64,000 nt of DNA from an uncultured virus (IMG/VR IMGVR_UViG_3300020180_000002) (taxonomy: Duplodnaviria; Heunggongvirae; Uroviricota; Caudoviricetes), in the IMG/VR virus record IMGVR_UViG_3300020180_000002; one strand, given 5' to 3'. Position numbers and translations under genes: made by a program. The notes below the pieces were generated by a model, which was given only the letters and a program-made list of their open reading frames with translations, searched no databases and had not been told where the DNA came from. Below, piece after piece: positions 57,673 to 64,000 of the stretch (its first letter is position 1; every line of letters starts with the position of its first letter).

Positions 57673-58061
57673 AGCTAACAGAACACAGCGAGACCTCATG
57701 GTCAAATCCCATTTGAGCAAATTATTACTGGTTAAACCGCTGATAGATACCTTGTATACTACTTGTAGCTAAGTCTTAACAACTAGGAAGCTAGGAAGTT
57801 CTATATTTGACCTTTGAGCTAGGCATTGAGAACCAAGACTCCGGACCTACTATGTCCTATATCTAAATATCTATTTTATGATCTAATAAGCTGTTCACTG
57901 ACTAAGCGTGTCTCGTAAATGTTCAACCAATTTCAAATACTCAGTCAACTCTACACTTTGGCTATCATCGCCGTTTTCTTTTACGTCTAAACTCCAATTG
58001 CGATATAAAAGACGTTTATTTCTAATACGATAAAACATATATGTTTAGCCGTATTACTAAT

Positions 58062-58090
58062 ATGTTACAATAGAACCTATTAATTGTCAA
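58062..58090 (-). promoter_or_regulatory. Sigma70-type promoter TTGACA-17-TAACAT facing an ORF-less structured region
   Basis: Perfect -35 hexamer, 17-bp spacer. Confidence 0.5.
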
Positions 58091-58385
58091 CTAGTATTTA
58101 TAATATATTGATTTAATTAGCCTTTAATAACATTATAATAACATTATAATATATTGATTTAATTAGCCTTTAATAACATTATAATAATTATAAATAAATA
58201 GTAAGAATTATAATAAGTATTATATAAAGAGTATTAGTTTAGGTTAGCACCTTCAACTTAAAACACATATTTGAGTGATCATCCTACTAAGAACCTTTAT
58301 ATTAAAATAAGCTTATTCCACACACTACCATGGAGCAGCTTGCCCCTTTAGTTAACTTAATTGAAACCACCAAGGAGATAATTCA

Positions 58386-58631
58386 ATGTCTGAACAACCT
58401 GTTATTTATAACGAACAAGAACAAAAACAACTTCAACAACTAGATGCTCAAGTACAAGGATTTGCTAATTTTAAAAATGCTACCCTTCGTTCACTACACT
58501 CTGGCCAAGACGCTAAAATAGTTGCAGATTTAGTACAATTCTTACATGAAATTGGCTCACAAGCTGTTAAACAAGCTGAGACAATTAAAGCCGCTGCCGA
58601 AGCTAGAGCTAACGCTCCTAAAGCTGAATAA
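58386..58631 (+). CDS. Hypothetical protein
   Basis: Strong RBS (AAGGAG). Confidence 0.65.
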   Translation: MSEQPVIYNEQEQKQLQQLDAQVQGFANFKNATLRSLHSGQDAKIVADLVQFLHEIGSQAVKQAETIKAAAEARANAPKAE

Positions 58632-58676
58632 TAAATTCATTTTTCCCTCTGTTGTTAATAGAAAGAAAATAAACTT

Positions 58677-58922
58677 ATGGTATTTAAACCAAAACAAAAA
58701 GCAGCTAAACCGGAAACAATTAAAGAAGAAACTATTAAGTCTGATTCTCCTATCCATAAAGCTTTTTATATTGAAAAAGAAAACGGCTCATGGAATCTAG
58801 TAATAGCTGATATTCAAGACGATAAGATTATTAGTAAAAAAGTTAAAGTATGTGATAACAAAGCTTTGTCGTTAGAAAACTTTAAGATACGGTTTGCGGA
58901 AACTTATTACTTTGGTCAATAA
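58677..58922 (+). CDS. Hypothetical protein
   Basis: ORF in operon. Confidence 0.6.
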   Translation: MVFKPKQKAAKPETIKEETIKSDSPIHKAFYIEKENGSWNLVIADIQDDKIISKKVKVCDNKALSLENFKIRFAETYYFGQ

Positions 58923-58923
58923 T

Positions 58924-59274
58924 ATGATTCATAAACTAAAAGAAATTGAATTAAAAAAACAACTACTAAAAATAGGTAGATTCTTTCGTGTAGTAGATGA
59001 ATCAGAACCTGTACTTTCTATTACTAATACTGCTGTACTTGTAGTGTTAGCTAAAGTAACATTCTCTGCAGAACCTAGTATTGCAGAAATGGGCGGTCTC
59101 TTGATAACATTAGCACTCTATTACGGTAAGAAAAGAATTAATAAAGATAAATCTAAATTAAGTGATGAAAATAAAAAAGCTATTGAAGACGTGACAGCCA
59201 AAGTTCAACAAATAGCTGATAAGACATCAGGACTTGCAGCTTCGATTGGTCTACGTAATCCATTACAGAAATAA
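58924..59274 (+). CDS. Two-TM membrane protein (holin-like)
   Basis: LSITN...two hydrophobic helices, then coiled coil; likely start ATG at 58924. Confidence 0.5.
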   Translation: MIHKLKEIELKKQLLKIGRFFRVVDESEPVLSITNTAVLVVLAKVTFSAEPSIAEMGGLLITLALYYGKKRINKDKSKLSDENKKAIEDVTAKVQQIADKTSGLAASIGLRNPLQK

Positions 59275-59277
59275 TAT

Positions 59278-59520
59278 ATGACCGAAGAAACTAAAAGTAA
59301 GATTGAAACTATACTCATTAGTAGCGTTAATCGTTTATATTCTAAAGAAGAATCAATCGGACTGGAATATGAAGATTTCAAGGTTTTAGAAATTATTTTT
59401 AAAATAGTTAAAGATCATTCAGATACCACCTCTCCTATTTCAACACAAGCCCCTTCTTCAACAGAAGACATTGTAGAATTATTAAAATCTGTAAGGGGAT
59501 TTACCCCACGTGGAGAATAA
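59278..59520 (+). CDS. Putative terminase small subunit
   Basis: Small helical protein overlapping the terL start; positional inference only. Confidence 0.4.
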   Translation: MTEETKSKIETILISSVNRLYSKEESIGLEYEDFKVLEIIFKIVKDHSDTTSPISTQAPSSTEDIVELLKSVRGFTPRGE

Positions 59521-60991
59521 ACCTACTGTAGACCAGGCCGCCGCTGCTGAAAAACTATGGAGACTAGGTTTAGTTTCATGGAAATTTCATAATGCCCAAT
59601 TAGATATCTATCAGGCTATAAATAAATCCACTGCATCTACATTTGTTATAAATGTTGCCAGACAGTCAGGAAAATCTTATATGCTTTCCGGGTATGCAAT
59701 TGAATTTGCTTTACAACACCCCGGTGCTAAAATATGTTTTCTAGCTCCTACAGCAAAAGCAATTAAAAAAATTGTTTTACCTCGTATAAAAGAAATTCTT
59801 TCCGATTGTCCAAGAGATCTTCTTCCATCATATAAAGTAAATGATCAAGTATATAAATTTAAAAATGGATCAGAAGTACACCTAGCCGGAACGGACGCAG
59901 AACGTGCAGAAAACCTCAGAGGACAAGTATTTCATTTAGTTATATGCGATGAAGCTGGGTTTATGAATAAACTAGATTACGTTGTATCTAGTATTCTTAG
60001 GCCATTAACAGCCACTGTATCGGGAAAAATTATTCTTTCATCAACTCCTCCAGTTTCACCTTCTCATCCATTTAAAAAAATATTTGTAGAACAGGCCATC
60101 AAAACTGGAAATTATATTAAAAAAACAGTACATGATAATCCTTTAATTTCTGATAAAATTAAACAACAATACATGCAAGAATCTGGTGGAGAAGACAGCG
60201 TAGCCTGGAGAAGAGAATATTTAGCTGAATTTATTATTGATGAAAATGAAGCAGTTATTCCAGAAGCTAATGAAAAGAAAGTTGAAAGTCTTATTAAAAA
60301 AGTTATACCTAACGGGCATAACATATCAGGTGAACATGAAATAATGGAACCTATGTTCTATGATGCATATACGGTAGCTGACCTTGGATATACGGATAAC
60401 ACAGGTATTCTATTTGGATACTGGGATTTCAACCGTGCTACATTAGTTATACAAGATGAAGCTCTTTTTAACAAACCTAATACACAAACAATTTCTAATA
60501 TAATTGTTCAAAAAGAAGGCGCCCTATGGGGCCAAAAAAAGCCATATCTTAGGTTTTGTGATGGAGACCCAATTACTATTAGTGATTTAAATTCAGCCCA
60601 TCAATTGGCTTTTAGTCAAACTCGTAATGATGAATTAGAAGCTTCAGTTAACTCTGTACGTCTTTTTATACAAGATAATAAAATTAATATAGATCCAAGG
60701 TGTACAAATCTAATTCTTCAATTAAAATCAGCCATCTGGGATAGCAGTCGTAGAAAATTCGCTAGATCAGGAGATCATGGTCATTTTGACTTAATTGCTG
60801 CATTGATATACATGGTTCGTAATATCCGTAGAGCACGCAACCCTAACCCAACTGGATACGGAACTAGTATTGATAATATGTACCTTCCTCCTGATAATTT
60901 TGTTGCAAAAGATAATAGTAACTTACAAAAATTAGTATCAGAGCCAATGAAAAAATATTTCCCAGGACATTCAGGAAATGATAAGGGTTAA
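59510..60991 (+). CDS. terL: Terminase large subunit
   Basis: ARQSGKS Walker A, LRG...ICDEAG Walker B, SSTP motif III, REYLAEF; nuclease DLG...HFDLIAALIY. Confidence 0.93.
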   Translation: MENKPTVDQAAAAEKLWRLGLVSWKFHNAQLDIYQAINKSTASTFVINVARQSGKSYMLSGYAIEFALQHPGAKICFLAPTAKAIKKIVLPRIKEILSDCPRDLLPSYKVNDQVYKFKNGSEVHLAGTDAERAENLRGQVFHLVICDEAGFMNKLDYVVSSILRPLTATVSGKIILSSTPPVSPSHPFKKIFVEQAIKTGNYIKKTVHDNPLISDKIKQQYMQESGGEDSVAWRREYLAEFIIDENEAVIPEANEKKVESLIKKVIPNGHNISGEHEIMEPMFYDAYTVADLGYTDNTGILFGYWDFNRATLVIQDEALFNKPNTQTISNIIVQKEGALWGQKKPYLRFCDGDPITISDLNSAHQLAFSQTRNDELEASVNSVRLFIQDNKINIDPRCTNLILQLKSAIWDSSRRKFARSGDHGHFDLIAALIYMVRNIRRARNPNPTGYGTSIDNMYLPPDNFVAKDNSNLQKLVSEPMKKYFPGHSGNDKG

Positions 60992-61032
60992 TAAGTAAAT
61001 TATACCAGTTTTAATCTATAAAGGACGTTTAA

Positions 61033-63042
61033 ATGTCAAATAATTATAATGAATATTTCGCCTCCCTCCCAGGGCCAGAAATTGCAGCTGAATTAGAAAA
61101 ACGTCATGACACGTGGTATAACAACATTGGCGCCAGTGGTGTTTATCGTAAGATGCGTAAATCTTATGCAGCTTATTATGGATACAATACAACAGGCGCT
61201 GGACACACTGCATCTGAACAAGTAAAAGCCGGAGAACAAGGCGAACTTACTCTTATAAAAGCTAATCATTTTCGTAACTTAATTCAACATCTTCTTGTTA
61301 TGACAACTTCTAGCCGTCCATCTATGGATGCACGTGCTATTAATACTGATTATAGATCTATAGCTCAAACTGTTCTTGCAAATGGAATTCTCGATTATTA
61401 CATGAGAGAAAAACGTCTAGAACGTTATTTGAAACAAGCTACTGAATATGCCCTAGTATTTGGAGAAGGGTATATTCGTTTAGAATGGGATACATCTGAA
61501 GGTGATGAATATACAGTGGATCCAGAATCTAATAAAATTACATATACTGGTGATATAAAATATACTATTTTAAATCCACTAGATGTAATTAAAGATGTAT
61601 TTAAAACAGATGACAATGATAACCAATGGTTGATTGTACGTCATTATAAAAATAGATTCGAATTGGCCGCTAAATACCCTGAACTTAAAGATGAAATATT
61701 AGCCGCTAAAACAAAAGATGAACTAGATATTAATTTTAATTCTAGATTTATCGTAAGTGGTGATTTTCGTTCAGATTTAATCCCTGTATATGAATTTTAC
61801 CATGAAAAGTCAGATGCCCTACCAAATGGACGTCAAGTTGTTTATGTAAATAAAGAAACGATTCTTTTTGATGGACCCCTTCCATATAAGCATATCCCTG
61901 TGTACAGAATCGCCCCAGGTGAGTACATGGGCACCCCAAATGGATATACTGTCGCTTTTGACCTAATTGCTCTACAAGAGACATTAGACGGCCTTTATTC
62001 GGTAGTGGTAACAAATCAATCTACCTTCGGTGTTCAAAATCTACTTTTACCCCAAGGTCATAATATTTCATATAGTTCATTACCAGGCGGCCTTAATGTT
62101 ATTGAATATGACGCTTCGGTTGGTAAACCAGAGGCCCTTAATTTAACAAAAACTCCACCTGAAATCTTTAGTTTTATTGATAAAATTGAATCAGTAATGG
62201 AAACTATATCCGGCGTTAACTCTGTATCTAGAGGTAACCCAGAAGCTAATTTACGATCAGGTAATGCACTTGCTCTTATTCAATCAATGGCGATCCAATT
62301 TAACTCTGGATTACAACAGTCATATGCTCAACTTCTTGAAGATGTGGGCACCGCCACTCTTACCACATTAAGAGACTTTGCTGCTACCCCTAGAGTTGCA
62401 ATGATTGTAGGTAAAAATAATAGATCGTTTATGAAAGAATTTACTGGCAATGATCTTGATAAGATCAATCGAGTAGTTGTAGATATGGGTAACCCTTTAT
62501 CTCGTACAACAGCTGGTAAATTAGAAATGGCCAGTAATCTTTTACAACAAGGCATTATTAAAAATGCACAAGATTATATCATGGTAATGAAAACTGGTAA
62601 TCTTGATATGATGTTAGAAGGCGACGTAAGTGAACTTTCTAATATTAAATCTGAAAATGAAAGATTATCAGAAGGTAAACAAGTTATTGTAATTGTAACT
62701 GATGAACATGTTACTCATATTAAAGAACATAAATCAGTAATTGCTTCTCCAGATGCAAGAGAAAATCCAGAAGTAGTTAAAGCTGTATTAGATCATATTC
62801 AACAACATATTGAGCAACTAAAAACTGCAGACCCTAACCTTTTAAATATACTAGGTCAGCCTTCATTAGCCCAACCTCAAGGTGCACCTATGCCTGAAGG
62901 CGCTCCAGCTCCCGGAGGTCCCTCATCAGGTGCTGCCCCTATGGACCCTAATAATGCAGCCCCCCAAGAACCTGGAATGCCAGGATTACCAAAAGATCCT
63001 ATTACTAATCAACCGCCTAATATACCAGGAGTAAACTCTTAA
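61033..63042 (+). CDS. Portal protein (podovirus/P22-like)
   Basis: Follows terL; ALVFGEG, ISGVNSVSRG...SGNAL motifs; Pro-rich C-terminal tail. Confidence 0.85.
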   Translation: MSNNYNEYFASLPGPEIAAELEKRHDTWYNNIGASGVYRKMRKSYAAYYGYNTTGAGHTASEQVKAGEQGELTLIKANHFRNLIQHLLVMTTSSRPSMDARAINTDYRSIAQTVLANGILDYYMREKRLERYLKQATEYALVFGEGYIRLEWDTSEGDEYTVDPESNKITYTGDIKYTILNPLDVIKDVFKTDDNDNQWLIVRHYKNRFELAAKYPELKDEILAAKTKDELDINFNSRFIVSGDFRSDLIPVYEFYHEKSDALPNGRQVVYVNKETILFDGPLPYKHIPVYRIAPGEYMGTPNGYTVAFDLIALQETLDGLYSVVVTNQSTFGVQNLLLPQGHNISYSSLPGGLNVIEYDASVGKPEALNLTKTPPEIFSFIDKIESVMETISGVNSVSRGNPEANLRSGNALALIQSMAIQFNSGLQQSYAQLLEDVGTATLTTLRDFAATPRVAMIVGKNNRSFMKEFTGNDLDKINRVVVDMGNPLSRTTAGKLEMASNLLQQGIIKNAQDYIMVMKTGNLDMMLEGDVSELSNIKSENERLSEGKQVIVIVTDEHVTHIKEHKSVIASPDARENPEVVKAVLDHIQQHIEQLKTADPNLLNILGQPSLAQPQGAPMPEGAPAPGGPSSGAAPMDPNNAAPQEPGMPGLPKDPITNQPPNIPGVNS

Positions 63043-63110
63043 TAGTTGTTACCAAATATAATATTTAGTAATAATTTAAACTTTAACGGATTATAAAAAA
63101 GTAAAAATAT

Positions 63111-63464
63111 ATGTCTTTTGAATCTAAACCTACAGAAATATTACTAGCTTCTGATGTTAATAACATGGGAAGTACAGTATTTTGTTTACCAGGTAATATT
63201 ACAAATGTATCTGGTTATTGTATACAAGCTATTTGGTCCGATGGAAGTCCGGTAGGGATCATGTCATTACAAGCATGTATTGATAGTACTAGTGATAATT
63301 GGTCAGATATTCCTAATAGTAGTTTACCAGTTCCAACTGTAGCAGGTGAAACTAATAATATTTTTAATGTAAGTAAACATGCTTACTATAATTTTGTAAG
63401 ATTAAAGTATACCAGAACCAGTGGAAATGGTATTTTAGTAGTTTACATGGTATCAAAGAGTTAA
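63111..63464 (+). CDS. Putative virion structural protein (jelly-roll-like)
   Basis: G-x-x-x-L-Q-x-x-x-D...W-x-D...Y-x-x-V-R-L-x-Y-T-x-x-S-G-x-G pattern. Confidence 0.5.
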   Translation: MSFESKPTEILLASDVNNMGSTVFCLPGNITNVSGYCIQAIWSDGSPVGIMSLQACIDSTSDNWSDIPNSSLPVPTVAGETNNIFNVSKHAYYNFVRLKYTRTSGNGILVVYMVSKS

Positions 63465-63465
63465 T

Positions 63466-63828
63466 ATGGCATATATTGATATTAATGATACAACCGGCGC
63501 TGGCGGGGGAGATGCAACCGCTGCTAATCAACTAGTTGAAATAGCTTTACTTACTAGTATAAATAGTAAAGACCCCCCCCTTGGGCAAGCGACAATGGCT
63601 AATTCTAAGCCAGTTGTTATTGCTTCAGATCAGTCACCCATTGATATAAAAGTAATTGGAAGTTTAGTTCCAGAACATTATGATAAAATTGATTTAAGTT
63701 ATATTGTCTCTGGATTTGGTATAGGTCAAATTGGAGTTGTAGTTTATAAATTATCAGCTACAACTATTGCAACTCTTACCTTAACATATAATGCAAGCAG
63801 TCAAGTAATAAGTATTGTGAGATCATAA
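63466..63828 (+). CDS. Putative virion structural protein
   Basis: GDATAANQ and LGQATMANSKPVVIASDQS motifs; V-A-T-L-T-L-T-Y-type C-terminus. Confidence 0.5.
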   Translation: MAYIDINDTTGAGGGDATAANQLVEIALLTSINSKDPPLGQATMANSKPVVIASDQSPIDIKVIGSLVPEHYDKIDLSYIVSGFGIGQIGVVVYKLSATTIATLTLTYNASSQVISIVRS

Positions 63829-64000
63829 TGGCAGCTACTCCACAAATAGTTTTTAATCCATTCACTGGAACCTTTGATTATATAGGATCAAATACAGATG
63901 GATTTAGTTGGTATAATATACCAGTTGGAGGTACAGTAACTATTGATAATAATAGAGAAATGGTTACAACTTCGCCTCAAACAGTTTTAGGTACTTTAAC
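63828..64000 (+). CDS. Putative structural protein (3' partial)
   Basis: ATG overlaps the previous stop; FNPFTGTFDY motif; open to the window end. Confidence 0.5.
   Translation, partial: MAATPQIVFNPFTGTFDYIGSNTDGFSWYNIPVGGTVTIDNNREMVTTSPQTVLGTL

Noticed and set aside
1..64000. Alternative genetic code, diversity-generating retroelement or retron
   Set aside because: Genes are full length in the standard code with all three stop codons used, the only tRNA is Asn, and no reverse transcriptase motifs or TR/VR pair were seen.

Overview
This window is a large part of an AT-rich, lytic-looking tailed dsDNA phage genome with podovirus-type organisation. The host may be a Bdellovibrionota or other deltaproteobacterium-like organism (inference). 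It has three blocks. (1) 1-18965, + strand: tail fibre, tail adaptor and nozzle, internal (ejected) virion proteins, a serine protease and lysis genes. (2) 19412-53450, - strand: early and replication genes, including SbcCD, RecA-like, UvsY-like, a two-gene split family-B DNA polymerase, primase-helicase, an intein-containing SF2 helicase, nucleases, nucleotide hydrolases, three AAA+ ATPases, a vWA/metallopeptidase and a PilZ protein. (3) 56181-64000, + strand: tRNA-Asn, small RNAs, terminase and portal. Blocks 2 and 3 are separated by about 2.4 kb of microsatellite-rich non-coding DNA. The standout feature is a 2828-bp, visibly GC-richer, bacterial-looking fragment (43301-46128). It carries type I R-M hsdM and hsdS with no hsdR, plus a truncated third gene. 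It is bracketed by an exact 36-bp direct repeat containing the ribosome-binding site of the phage vWA gene, so hsdM begins precisely behind the phage's own promoter and RBS. This looks like a recently captured, excisable methylation (anti-restriction) cassette. No major capsid gene, integrase, cas gene or reverse transcriptase was recognised. All product calls come from motif recognition by eye, not from database searches.
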